Below are positions 47,203-56,532 of a stretch of DNA of 64,000 bases, piece by piece. Position 1 is the stretch's first letter, and every line of letters starts with the position of its first letter. Location: the NCBI GenBank assembly GCA_963667785.2, contig CAXXMU010000001.1:1024001-1088000 (forward strand), given 5' to 3'. The position numbers and the translations under genes were made by a program. The notes beneath the pieces were generated by a model. That model was not told where the DNA came from, did not search any database, and worked only from the letters and a program-made list of their open reading frames with translations. Origin of the DNA: Alphaproteobacteria bacterium. Lineage in GTDB: Bacteria > Pseudomonadota > Alphaproteobacteria > UBA828.

Positions 47203-48603
47203 CTAGCCTGTCATCCAGGGCGGGGTCATCCAGTCGGCGGTGGCGTAGAGATCCGGCCCGACGAAGACCACGTCCTTGGTCCAGTCCTGACACTGCATCA
47301 TGATCGTCGGCATGCCGAGTGAGGGATCGGGCGTCTCCGCCGGATACGGCTGCGCCGCCTGGCCCCACATGAACTTGATGGTGCCCACCACACCGCGATA
47401 GATCGAATCGCGCATGATGTTGCAGACCTTCTTGTTCTGCTCGATGCCGTCGTAAGGCACGCCCGAGCCGCCGGCGCGGCACGCCGCGATCGCCCACAGG
47501 TAGTACGAATCGTACACCTGACCCGCCACCATCGGGGTCATGTCCTCGCCCCACCGCTCGCGGATCTTCCTCGAGAAGGTGTTGCCGATCTCGTCCTGCA
47601 GGGTGCCGATCGTGGTCGAGCAGAACACGCCGTGGCCGGTCTCCTTGACGATGTCGAGGAAGGCCCGCTGCTGCAGCGCATACTGCACGTAGACCAGGCT
47701 GTTGGTCGGGTTCTCGGCGAAGCCGGTCACCAGGCCGGTCTGGTCGCTCGGGAAGCCGTGGGTCGCCGCGATGATGGCGGGCTCGATTTCGCGCGCCCGC
47801 ACCAGCGCCGGCCCCCAGTCGTCCACCGGCTGCGACACGACGTCGTCGATCGCGAGATCCCAGCCGAACTGCGGCGCCGTGTCGCGCACCGCCGCGGCGA
47901 TGGTGATCGCGTAGTCGATGCTGCCCGAGAACAGCACGAAGTTGTTGTTGGGCCGTTTCCACTTGCCCAGCTTCTCGAGCTCGTCGAGGAAGTAGATCAG
48001 GCCCGAGCCGTAGTAGTACTCCGACGGGTCGTCCTGGAAGATGCACCAGTAGCGATCCGGATTGTCTCTCACCGCGAACTGGTGCCCGTACTGGGTGTTG
48101 TCGTGCATGTACGGGATGCCCGCATCGGCGATGGTGTCGTACTCGGCGCGGACCGAGAGCGAGTTGTAGCCGTTGATGATGGCGTGCACCTCGTGCCGGT
48201 CGATCAGGCGCCGTGCGGCCGAAGTCACCGTCTCGGCGGTGATCTCCTTGGTGTCCTCGAAATGGACCTCGATGGGCCGGCCGTTGATGCCGCCGAAGGA
48301 GTTGATCTCCTCGACCGCAAGCGTGATGCCCGCCTCGAAGTTGCGGGAATCCTCCGCACCCCAGCCCGTGTAGGGCAGCATGGCGCCGACCGGGATCGGC
48401 TCGCCGTCGGCCTTGGCGCCGTTGTTCAGCGCGACCAGGGTGTTCGCCCCGGCGACGCCCATCGCGCCGATGGCCGCGGTGCCGGCCATCGACATGAAGC
48501 CGCGCCGCGACGGGTTCAGCGGATCGATGATGCCGCCGGAGGCCTTGATCTCCTCGTCGAACTTCTGCTTCTTCGTCTGTTTCCTCTTGTGGAACCACTC
48601 CAT
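47203..48603 (-). CDS. Branched-chain/amide ABC substrate-binding protein with Tat motif
   Basis: ATG 48603 after GGAGG; SRRGFM twin-arginine; PIPVGAMLPYTG, AVEEINSFGGINGRPIE. Confidence 0.85.
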   Translation of the reverse strand: MEWFHKRKQTKKQKFDEEIKASGGIIDPLNPSRRGFMSMAGTAAIGAMGVAGANTLVALNNGAKADGEPIPVGAMLPYTGWGAEDSRNFEAGITLAVEEINSFGGINGRPIEVHFEDTKEITAETVTSAARRLIDRHEVHAIINGYNSLSVRAEYDTIADAGIPYMHDNTQYGHQFAVRDNPDRYWCIFQDDPSEYYYGSGLIYFLDELEKLGKWKRPNNNFVLFSGSIDYAITIAAAVRDTAPQFGWDLAIDDVVSQPVDDWGPALVRAREIEPAIIAATHGFPSDQTGLVTGFAENPTNSLVYVQYALQQRAFLDIVKETGHGVFCSTTIGTLQDEIGNTFSRKIRERWGEDMTPMVAGQVYDSYYLWAIAACRAGGSGVPYDGIEQNKKVCNIMRDSIYRGVVGTIKFMWGQAAQPYPAETPDPSLGMPTIMMQCQDWTKDVVFVGPDLYATADWMTPPWMTG

Positions 48604-48748
48604 CGAGCCGCCTCCCCTTTTCTGTGGTTCGAGGGTCATACGACTGCCGCCGGGCGGCGACCGCCGCCGACCGCATCGTTCGTCTGTCGGTGCGAGCTTA
48701 GCATAGGGCAATGGACGTAACGCAACAGCAAAGCCGATGCGTCACCCC

Positions 48749-49954
48749 TCAGGCGCCGGCCTTGGCCACCGCGTGCTGCGGCGCGCCGGCGCCCCCGCTC
48801 GGCAGCCAGAAGGCGATGATGCCGACCAGCACGGCCGAGCCGCCGAGGCCGACGAAAAGCCAGAGGAAGCCGCCGGAGATGCCGTGCAGGCCCGCGACCA
48901 GAGGTGCCGCGACGGCGCTGGCGCCGAGCCCCAGCAGGAACTTGATGCCGAAGATTCGCGCCCGCCAGTGCTCGGCCGTGTAGCGGGTCACCAGCGCGTC
49001 CTGGATCGGGATCTCGCCGACCACCACCATCATCATCGCGAGCGCCACGACGATCAGCCCGTGGCCGGCGAGCACGCCGGCGGCGGCGATCAGCGGCGCT
49101 TGGGCGAAGAGCACCGCGATCCAGACCGGCTTCGCCGGATAGCGGTCGATCAGCCAGCCGACGCCGATCTGGGCGAAGGCGGCGACGGCGATGACCACCG
49201 AGACCAGCGCGCCTATGCCGAGCGCGCCGTCGGCGATTCCGGTCAGCCCCTCGTCGAAGAGCTTGGGCAGCGCGATGGTGGTAGTCTGGAAGGTCAGCCC
49301 GGTGAGCGCCGTCGCCACGCCGATCACCAGCACCAGCCTGAGCAGCGTGCGCGAAGGCCGGCCCCCGTTCCAGCTCAGGGACGGGCGCGCGGGTGCCGCG
49401 GCCGTGTTGCGCCACTGCCGGCAGACCGCGATGAACAGGACCCCGACGAGCAGCGTGAGCGCACCCGGCACGATGAACGCCGCGCGCCAGCTGATCGCCT
49501 CGCTCAGCGACGCGGCGACGATCGCCGCCGCCGCGAGGCCGAGATTGCCGGCGACGCCGTTGACGCCGAGGAGCTTGCCGACCTTCTCCCGCCCCTCGAC
49601 CAGCATGGCGATGCCCACGGGATGGTAGATCGACGCGAAGAGCCCGATCAGGGTGAGCCCCACCGCGAGCTCGAAGGGGCTGCGCGCGAGCCCGGTGAGG
49701 ATGGACGAGAGGCCGATGCCGACGAAGAACACCGCCAGCATCGCCGGCCGGCTCCAGCGGTCGCCGAGCCAGCCCGCCGGCAGCGTGCCGGCGGCAAAGG
49801 CGATGAAGCCGGGAACCGCGAGCGAGAGCAGCTCGCCGTAGCTGCGCCCGAACACCCCTTCGAGGGTGAGCACCACGGTGGGGTAGAGCAGCAGGAACAG
49901 GTGGTCGAGCCCGTGCCCGACATTGATGAAGAGGATGCGGGAACGGTCCGTCAT
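48749..49954 (-). CDS. MFS transporter
   Basis: About 12 hydrophobic segments; GWLGDRWSR motif A; SIYHPVG. Confidence 0.88.
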   Translation of the reverse strand: MTDRSRILFINVGHGLDHLFLLLYPTVVLTLEGVFGRSYGELLSLAVPGFIAFAAGTLPAGWLGDRWSRPAMLAVFFVGIGLSSILTGLARSPFELAVGLTLIGLFASIYHPVGIAMLVEGREKVGKLLGVNGVAGNLGLAAAAIVAASLSEAISWRAAFIVPGALTLLVGVLFIAVCRQWRNTAAAPARPSLSWNGGRPSRTLLRLVLVIGVATALTGLTFQTTTIALPKLFDEGLTGIADGALGIGALVSVVIAVAAFAQIGVGWLIDRYPAKPVWIAVLFAQAPLIAAAGVLAGHGLIVVALAMMMVVVGEIPIQDALVTRYTAEHWRARIFGIKFLLGLGASAVAAPLVAGLHGISGGFLWLFVGLGGSAVLVGIIAFWLPSGGAGAPQHAVAKAGA

Positions 49955-50077
49955 CGCGTCCTCACCCGCATGGCTCCGGCGAGACGCCCCCGGCGGGCCT
50001 CACCACCTGCCGCCGCGCCTGCGGCCGCTGGGGGGCCGGGGGCAAGGCCGCGTCCGCTGCACGCGGCGGACGGACCG

Positions 50078-50151
50078 TGGAGCGGGTGAAGGGAATCGAA
50101 CCCTCGTCGTAAGCTTGGGAAGCTTCTGCTCTGCCATTGAGCTACACCCGC
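50078..50151 (-). tRNA. tRNA-Gly(CCC)
   Basis: Reverse complement GCGGGTGTAGCTCAATGGCAGAGCAGAAGCTTCCCAAGCTTACGACGAGGGTTCGATTCCCTTCACCCGCTCCA. Confidence 0.95.
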
Positions 50152-50255
50152 CCGACTTCGGACAATAGGAGCCCGCCCCTGCGCCGGCAAGCGCTTCGGC
50201 CGCAGCGCCGGAGCGTACCGGCCACGTCCACCGCACCACGCGCCGCGGCGCGCCG

Positions 50256-50876
50256 TCATCGGCCGGGGCGCGCGGTACCGCCCCGCTTCCGGGCGGCGTG
50301 GGCGATCCGATTCTCTCTCCGAGCGAGAGCCTCCTCGATCTGCTCCTCCCTCGAGCGAAAGAGGTCCTGCCCGGCCGGCGTCATAGAGGCCAGCAGCCGG
50401 TCCATGGTGTTGTCGTGGGGCTCGAGCGTCCCGTCGGCAAGGATATGGGCCACGGCGACGCCGCGTTCGGCCAGGCTGCGGCCGATGAGGATCGTGCGGT
50501 GGCAGTCCAGCGGCTCCTTCTCCGCGCACATGAGCGCGATGCGCTCGTGCCCGGCCGACTCGATCACCTGTTCGAGGCCGTCGCGGTAGAGCGGTGTCTG
50601 CGCCAGGCGGTCGTAGCGGACGCGCCCGTCCTCGTAGCAGGCGTCGTCGTCGGGCCGCCCGCCGAGCGCATGCCCGAGGAACATGTAGGCGATGCCGCGG
50701 GCCGTCAGCGCGGCATCCAGGGCCTTGCGGTTGAACTGCGGATTGAAGCGGCTGTAGGGCGCCGAGCGGACGTCGGCAAGGGCCGTGACGCCATGCCGGC
50801 GCAGGAGCGCCGCGAAGACCTCCAGCGCGTGGGTGGAATGTCCGATCGTCAGCACGACGGGGGGCCCGGCGGCCAT
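50256..50876 (-). CDS. DUF488 family protein
   Basis: LTIGHST, LADVRSAPYSRFNPQFN, LGGRP, ALMCAEKEPLDCHR. Confidence 0.85.
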   Translation of the reverse strand: MAAGPPVVLTIGHSTHALEVFAALLRRHGVTALADVRSAPYSRFNPQFNRKALDAALTARGIAYMFLGHALGGRPDDDACYEDGRVRYDRLAQTPLYRDGLEQVIESAGHERIALMCAEKEPLDCHRTILIGRSLAERGVAVAHILADGTLEPHDNTMDRLLASMTPAGQDLFRSREEQIEEALARRENRIAHAARKRGGTARPGR

Positions 50877-51002
50877 GGCTCATCCTCCCCGCCGGCACGC
50901 CGGGCGCGGGAGCGTGAGCGGTGCGCCGACGCGATGGCGTTTCCGCCGGCGATGTGGTGAGGTGCGCAGGCCGAGACGACACACGGCCGGAGGAGGGGAA
51001 CG

Positions 51003-51428
51003 ATGACGCATGACGCCACGCCGGCGGGTCTGGAGGCGGCCTTTCACGCCTGGGCGCGCGGGCTCAACGAGGGCGACCTCGATGCCTTCTGGAGCGCGAT
51101 CGACGACGGCGCCGAGATTCTGGACGAGGACTATCCCTGGCGGATGACCAAGGCGGAATTCGTCGACCACATCGACTTCCACGCCGGCGGCGCGGGGCTC
51201 TGGGAGCACTTCAAGTGGATCCCGCGCGAGCTGAACTTCAAGGTCTGGGGCACCACCGGGCATGTCAGCGGCTTCTCGACCTTTCGCGGCAAGCCGCGCG
51301 ACGCGGGCTTCCGCCAGCGCTTCATGGGCTTCACCCAGACCTGGTACCACGAGAACGGCACCTGGCTGCAAGTGTGCTGGCACCAGAGCCCGTTGCTCGG
51401 CCGCATCGAGGGCGCCTCGCCGAGCTGA
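51003..51428 (+). CDS. NTF2/SnoaL-like (DUF4440-type) protein
   Basis: GGAGG RBS; FHAWARGLNEGDLDAF...FTQTW....W..VCWHQSP NTF2 pattern. Confidence 0.75.
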   Translation: MTHDATPAGLEAAFHAWARGLNEGDLDAFWSAIDDGAEILDEDYPWRMTKAEFVDHIDFHAGGAGLWEHFKWIPRELNFKVWGTTGHVSGFSTFRGKPRDAGFRQRFMGFTQTWYHENGTWLQVCWHQSPLLGRIEGASPS

Positions 51429-51458
51429 CGGGCTTGTGCCGGGGGCGTCCCCCGTGCG

Positions 51459-52379
51459 CTACACCAGGGACTCGAAGAAGGCGAGGCACTGGCGCCCGAG
51501 CGGCCGCCTGCGCCCCTTCTCCGTGAGCACGGCGTAGTAGCTGTTGTCGGTCTCGAGGAACTGGTCGGTGAGCGCGACCAGGGATCCGGATTCGAGGAAC
51601 TGCTCGCCGAAATGGCGCCAGCCCATGGCGATGCCGTTTCCGGCCGCCGCGGCCTCCAGCACGTACATGTAGCTGTCATAGTCCACGTACCGGGGCGGGG
51701 CGTCCGGGCGCCCCACGGTCTTGAACCAATCGGCCCACGAGAGCCAGCCCTCGTTGGGTCGCGCAAGATCGAGGAAGGTCAGCCCGTCCCAGCCCGTCAC
51801 GGGACCGCGCAGGGTGTCCGAATGAAGAGCGGCATAGCCCGGCGAGCAGACCGGCCGGACCGCCTCCCTGAAGATGAGCGCGCGGTCCTCGGGTTCGGCG
51901 GTCTCCGCGTTCCAGGCCAGGAGCACGTCGGCGGCCGGCTCGGGCGGCAGGTGTTCGACGCTGTAGTGATAGGTGAGGATCCGTACCCGCACCTGCTCGC
52001 CGAGCACGTCCCTGAGAGCGTCGTAGCGCGGCAACAGGAAAAGTTGCGATACTTCGTCCGAACAGCCGATCGCGATCTCCACCCGCTCGTCGCTCGCGAG
52101 ATCCGCGACTTCCGCTGCGCCCGCGTGAATCGCGCCGAGTCCGATAGACACGGCCTCGCGGTAGCGGCTCCCGGCATCGGTCAGTCTCACCCCGGTCCGG
52201 GACCGCTCGAACAGCCGGATGGCCAGCCGCTTCTCCAGGCTCGCGATGTGGCGGCTGATGGCGGACTGCGACGTGCGAAGTTCACGCGCTGCCCGCGAGA
52301 AGTTGCCGTGGCGTGCGGCGCACTCGAAAGCGATCAGGGCGCTCGTCGGAGGAACACGATACGGACCATGGTCTCGCAT
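51459..52379 (-). CDS. LysR family transcriptional regulator (GcvA-like)
   Basis: ALIAFECAARHGNFSRAARELRTSQSAISRHIASLE..LFER....LT.AG. Confidence 0.9.
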   Translation of the reverse strand: MRDHGPYRVPPTSALIAFECAARHGNFSRAARELRTSQSAISRHIASLEKRLAIRLFERSRTGVRLTDAGSRYREAVSIGLGAIHAGAAEVADLASDERVEIAIGCSDEVSQLFLLPRYDALRDVLGEQVRVRILTYHYSVEHLPPEPAADVLLAWNAETAEPEDRALIFREAVRPVCSPGYAALHSDTLRGPVTGWDGLTFLDLARPNEGWLSWADWFKTVGRPDAPPRYVDYDSYMYVLEAAAAGNGIAMGWRHFGEQFLESGSLVALTDQFLETDNSYYAVLTEKGRRRPLGRQCLAFFESLV

Positions 52380-52390
52380 GCCTGATTTGA

Positions 52391-52405
52391 TATGTGAATC
52401 TCATA
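52391..52405. promoter_or_regulatory. Putative LysR recognition box TATG-N7-CATA in AT-rich divergent promoter region
   Basis: Palindrome TATGTGAATCTCATA (contains T-N11-A spacing) just upstream of the LysR start. Confidence 0.55.
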
Positions 52406-52659
52406 CCGATATCAATAATTCATCGTGCGAAAATCACATCGACACGTAGTATATCATAAACGACATAGCATTTTACATATGAACGATAGGATAAGACCTG
52501 CGATGCTGTATGGCTATGTTGATGCTGGATATTGGCATGTCTTGGTCGAGAGAGGGTTCTGGAATCTCCAAGACTGCCGGCGCTCCCGACCGGCGCGGCG
52601 CCGCCACGCCGTTCATGGCCGGCGGGCATAACACCTGCATCCGACACTGGAGGACGGGG

Positions 52660-53688
52660 ATGAACGTCAAGAAGATTGCAGGCGCCGTCGCGGTGGCCGC
52701 CGTTCTGGTCGCTGTCGGCCTCCTGCCGGCCCATGCAGCCACGCTGGACGACGTGAGGGACGACGACAGGCTCCGGTGCGGCATCAATCCGGGCCTGCCG
52801 GGCTTTTCCCACACCGACGACGCGGGCAACTGGTCCGGCTTCGAGATCGCCTACTGCCGGGCGCTGGCGGCCGCCGTCCTCGGTGATGCGGACAAGGTCT
52901 CCTACGTCACGCTGACCGGCAAGACGCGCTTCCCGGCGCTGGCGTCCGGCGAGGTCGACGTGCTCTCGCGCAACACCACCTGGACCTTCTCGCGCGATGT
53001 CGACCTCGGCTTCACCTTCGTCGGCATCAACTACTATGACGGCCAGGGCTTCATCGGCCGCACGGCGCTGGAGGTGGCGAGCGCCATGGAGCTCGACGGC
53101 GCCTCGGTCTGCATCCAGACCGGCACCACCACCGAGCTCAACCTGGCGGACTTCTTCCGTGTCAACGGCATCACCTACGAGCCGGTGCCGCTCGAGACCA
53201 ACGCCGAGGCCCGTGCGGCCTACGAGGCCGAGCGCTGCGACGTCTACACGACCGATGCCTCGGGCCTCGCGGCGACGCGGACCACCTTCGACGACCCGGA
53301 CGCGCACATGGTGCTCCCCGAGATCGTCTCGAAGGAGCCGCTCGGGCCGCTGGTGCGCCAGGGCGACGACCAGTGGGCGGATATCGCGCGCTGGACGCTG
53401 AACGCGCTGATCACGGCCGAGGAGCTTGGCGTGACCCAGGCGAACGTGGCGGAGATGGCGAACGGGACGGATCATCCGGAGATCAACCGGATGCTCGGCT
53501 CGGAAGGCTCTCTGGGCGAGATGCTGGGCCTCGACGCGCAGTGGGCGGTCCGTGCGATCGCGGCGGAGGGCAACTACGCCGAGATCTTCGACCGCTACCT
53601 GGGCGCCGGCAGTCCGCTCGCCCTGCCGCGCGGCCTGAGTGCCCTCCATCGCGACGGCGGCATCCTCTATTCGCCTCCATTCCGCTGA
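52660..53688 (+). CDS. aapJ: General L-amino acid ABC substrate-binding protein (AapJ/BztA-like)
   Basis: LRCGINPGLPGFS, RFPALASGEVDVLSRNTTWT, YYDGQGF, GTTTELNLADFF, SKEPLGP, GGILYSPPFR. Confidence 0.85.
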   Translation: MNVKKIAGAVAVAAVLVAVGLLPAHAATLDDVRDDDRLRCGINPGLPGFSHTDDAGNWSGFEIAYCRALAAAVLGDADKVSYVTLTGKTRFPALASGEVDVLSRNTTWTFSRDVDLGFTFVGINYYDGQGFIGRTALEVASAMELDGASVCIQTGTTTELNLADFFRVNGITYEPVPLETNAEARAAYEAERCDVYTTDASGLAATRTTFDDPDAHMVLPEIVSKEPLGPLVRQGDDQWADIARWTLNALITAEELGVTQANVAEMANGTDHPEINRMLGSEGSLGEMLGLDAQWAVRAIAAEGNYAEIFDRYLGAGSPLALPRGLSALHRDGGILYSPPFR

Positions 53689-53840
53689 GCGGCTGCGCGC
53701 ACGCAGCACGGCGCCCCGACGACCGGCCTTGGCGCGAGGCGGCGCTCGGTGTACACGGGCTCGGGTTTCATACGCTGCCTTGACAGAGCCTTGGGGGACG
53801 CGTCCCGGACAGGGACGGCGCGTAGCCGCAGGGGAGGACC

Positions 53841-54689
53841 ATGGACGCTTCCGGGCCCGCCGGAACGAGCGCTGCCGATGCCATGCCCTCGGCGCGGGCC
53901 GATATGCCCGATATGTCAGGCAGCTACGAGCTGTACATCTCGTCGGGCCTCTACGATCGGCGTTATCCGCACCCCAACAGGCGCACCCTGCGACTGGTGA
54001 AGCGCCGCCTTCGCGGGGGAGGGCGCTTCCTCGATGTCGGCGGCGGTACCGGCCGCTACACCCTGCCGCTTCTGCAGATGGCGGGAACGAGCGGTGTGGC
54101 GCACGACATCTGTCCGGTCGCCCGCAACACGATGGCGGAGCGCATGAGCGCTTTCGTGCGCGACGGACGACTCGTCATCCGGGGCGAGGACCCGGAGACC
54201 ATGGCCGCCGCCTATCCGCGCGAATTCGATCTCGGGCTGCTCGCCTTCGGAGTCCTGGCGCACGTTCCCGGACGCGACGAGCGGCTGCGCCTGCTACGGG
54301 CCGTATGCGACATGGTGAAGCCGGAGGGAACGGTCATCCTCAGCGTGCCGAACGCGCGGCGCCGGTTTCTGGCCGAGCAGCGGGCCGCGGTCTCCCTGGT
54401 GAGGGCCGGCGAGCTCGAGCCCGGCGACATCCTCTACGAGCGCGGTCACGGCGGCGACGCGATCCGGATGTTCTATCATCTCTACACTCTCGACGAGGTG
54501 CATCGGGACCTCGCGGCGGCAGGCCTGCGGGTCGAGAGCGTCGAGCCCGAGAGCCTGCTCTCCGAAAGGACCGTCGTCAGCGACCCGGTGCTCGGCCGCC
54601 TGGACGATCTGGCCTGCAGCATCGCGCCTGCCACTCTCGGCTACGACCTGCTCGCCGTCGCCCGGCCGCAACCGGCCGGTGCACGGTGA
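53841..54689 (+). CDS. Class I SAM-dependent methyltransferase
   Basis: FLDVGGGTGRY motif I, FGVLAHV, VKPEG..ILSVPN. Confidence 0.85.
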   Translation: MDASGPAGTSAADAMPSARADMPDMSGSYELYISSGLYDRRYPHPNRRTLRLVKRRLRGGGRFLDVGGGTGRYTLPLLQMAGTSGVAHDICPVARNTMAERMSAFVRDGRLVIRGEDPETMAAAYPREFDLGLLAFGVLAHVPGRDERLRLLRAVCDMVKPEGTVILSVPNARRRFLAEQRAAVSLVRAGELEPGDILYERGHGGDAIRMFYHLYTLDEVHRDLAAAGLRVESVEPESLLSERTVVSDPVLGRLDDLACSIAPATLGYDLLAVARPQPAGAR

Positions 54690-54707
54690 CGGAGAGCGCC
54701 CCCGGCG

Positions 54708-55430
54708 ATGACCGTCGCGGGCGAGCGCTGGTGGAACCTGTGGCGCGACGTCGACGGCACCACCATCCTCCATGTGGACCTCGCGCCGGATGACGCGCGC
54801 GAGAGGCGCGCCGCAGCCCTCCTCGACGAGGAGGAGGCGGCCCGCCTCGGCCGCATCCTCTCGGCGCGCCGCCGGCGCGAGTTCGTCCTCTGCCGGGCGG
54901 CGCTTCGCGTTGCCCTCGCGGAGCGGCTGGGCTGCGCCGCCCGCCGGCTCTCGTTCGGCTACGGCGAGCACGGCAAGCCCTTCGCCGAGATGGACGGCCG
55001 CCGCGCGGACGCCGGCTTCAACGTCAGCCACAGCGGCCGGCACGGCCTGATCGCGCTGGCGGCGCACGACGCGCTCGGCGTCGATCTCGAGGAGCGCGTC
55101 CCGCGCCAGGATCTCGACGGCATCGGCAGCCTGGTCTACGGCCCGGCGGAGCGGCGTGCGCTGGCGCGCGCCGACGGGCCGGAGAAGGTGCACCTCTTCT
55201 ATCGCCTGTGGAGCATGAAGGAGGCGCTCATCAAGGCCGTCGGCGCCGGATTCTCGCTCAACCCGTCGGCCTTCGAGGTGCCGGAGCCGATGCTGCGCGG
55301 CGGGCGCTCGGGCCGCTTCCGCTTCCCCCATGCGCCCTCGGATAGCTGGCGCCTGCTCGACCTGGGGGGAGAGGGCTTCGCCGCCGCGCTCGCCTACCGG
55401 ATGCGCGCTCCGGGCCGATCCGGCGCTTGA
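54708..55430 (+). CDS. Sfp-type 4'-phosphopantetheinyl transferase
   Basis: GEHGKP, FNVSHSG, LGVDLE, FYRLWSMKEALIKAVG. Confidence 0.9.
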   Translation: MTVAGERWWNLWRDVDGTTILHVDLAPDDARERRAAALLDEEEAARLGRILSARRRREFVLCRAALRVALAERLGCAARRLSFGYGEHGKPFAEMDGRRADAGFNVSHSGRHGLIALAAHDALGVDLEERVPRQDLDGIGSLVYGPAERRALARADGPEKVHLFYRLWSMKEALIKAVGAGFSLNPSAFEVPEPMLRGGRSGRFRFPHAPSDSWRLLDLGGEGFAAALAYRMRAPGRSGA

Positions 55431-55490
55431 CCCGCCGGCGGCGCCTGCCACTCTGAGGCGAGGCAGGGCCGCAGCAGGGAGCGACGAGCG

Positions 55491-56336
55491 ATGGAAGGGA
55501 AGCTCTGCATCGTCACCGGCGCCACCGACGGGATCGGCCGCGTCACCGCGCGGGCGCTGGCCGAGCGGGGGGCCGAGGTGGTGCTCGTCGGGCGCAACGC
55601 GGCCAAGGGCGCGGAGGTCTGCAAGGCGATCCACCGCTCGTCGCGCAACGACCGGGTGCGCTTCGAGCAGGCCGATCTCTCGAGCCAGGCCGAGATCAGG
55701 GCGCTGGCGGAGCGGCTCGCCGCAGGCGGCGCCGCGATCGACGTGCTGGTCAACAATGTCGGCGCGCTCTTCAACCGCCGCCGCGAGAGCGTCGACGGGA
55801 TCGAGATGACCTTCGCCCTCAATCATCTGGGCTACTTCCTGCTGACCGGGCTGCTGCTGGAGAGCCTGAAGGCGAGTACTGCGGCCCGCATCGTCAACGT
55901 CGCCTCCCAGGCCCACCGCGGCGGGCGCATGGACTTCGACGACCCGCAGGGGGCGAGGCGCTACCGCGGGATGCGCGCCTACAGCCAGAGCAAGCTCGCC
56001 AACATCCTCTTCACCTACCGCCTCGCCGCGCTGCTGGAGGGGACGCCGGTGACGGTCAACTGCCTGCACCCCGGCTTCGTCGCCAGCGCGTTCGGCCAGG
56101 ACAACGGCTGGCTCTTCAACACGGTGCTGAAGGTGGTGATGCGGCTGTCGGCCATCGACGTGGAAGCCGGCGCGCGCACCAGCGTCCATGTCGCGACCAG
56201 CGCCGAGGTCGCAGGCGTCTCGGGCTGCTACTTCGACCAGTGCCGCGAAGCCACGAGCTCGCTCGCCTCCCGCGACGAGGAGAGCGGGCGGCGGCTGTGG
56301 GAGCTGAGCGAGAGCCTCACCGGCCATCGCTACTAG
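55491..56336 (+). CDS. SDR oxidoreductase (retinol dehydrogenase/WWOX-like)
   Basis: VTGATDGIG, LVNNVG, TFALNHLGYF, YSQSKLAN, LHPG. Confidence 0.9.
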   Translation: MEGKLCIVTGATDGIGRVTARALAERGAEVVLVGRNAAKGAEVCKAIHRSSRNDRVRFEQADLSSQAEIRALAERLAAGGAAIDVLVNNVGALFNRRRESVDGIEMTFALNHLGYFLLTGLLLESLKASTAARIVNVASQAHRGGRMDFDDPQGARRYRGMRAYSQSKLANILFTYRLAALLEGTPVTVNCLHPGFVASAFGQDNGWLFNTVLKVVMRLSAIDVEAGARTSVHVATSAEVAGVSGCYFDQCREATSSLASRDEESGRRLWELSESLTGHRY

Positions 56337-56532
56337 GCCGGACTTCTCACCGGGGTCGCGACCAGCGCGACTCTCTCTGCCGCGCTCGCGACCCTTCGGG
56401 CGCGAGCGACCCCGCACCATGGTGCGGTGCACGGCGCGCGGCGCGGGTGCAACGATCGCGTCATGCGGCGGAAGAACCAGCCACGGCAGCCGGAGTGAAC
56501 GGGAAAGATGCCCGGCGCCAGCCCGTGGTCGT

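Noticed and set aside
35596-50151. tRNA-anchored genomic island between tRNA-Val and tRNA-Gly
   Set aside because: No integrase and no duplicated tRNA 3' end seen by eye; codon style matches the rest of the window.
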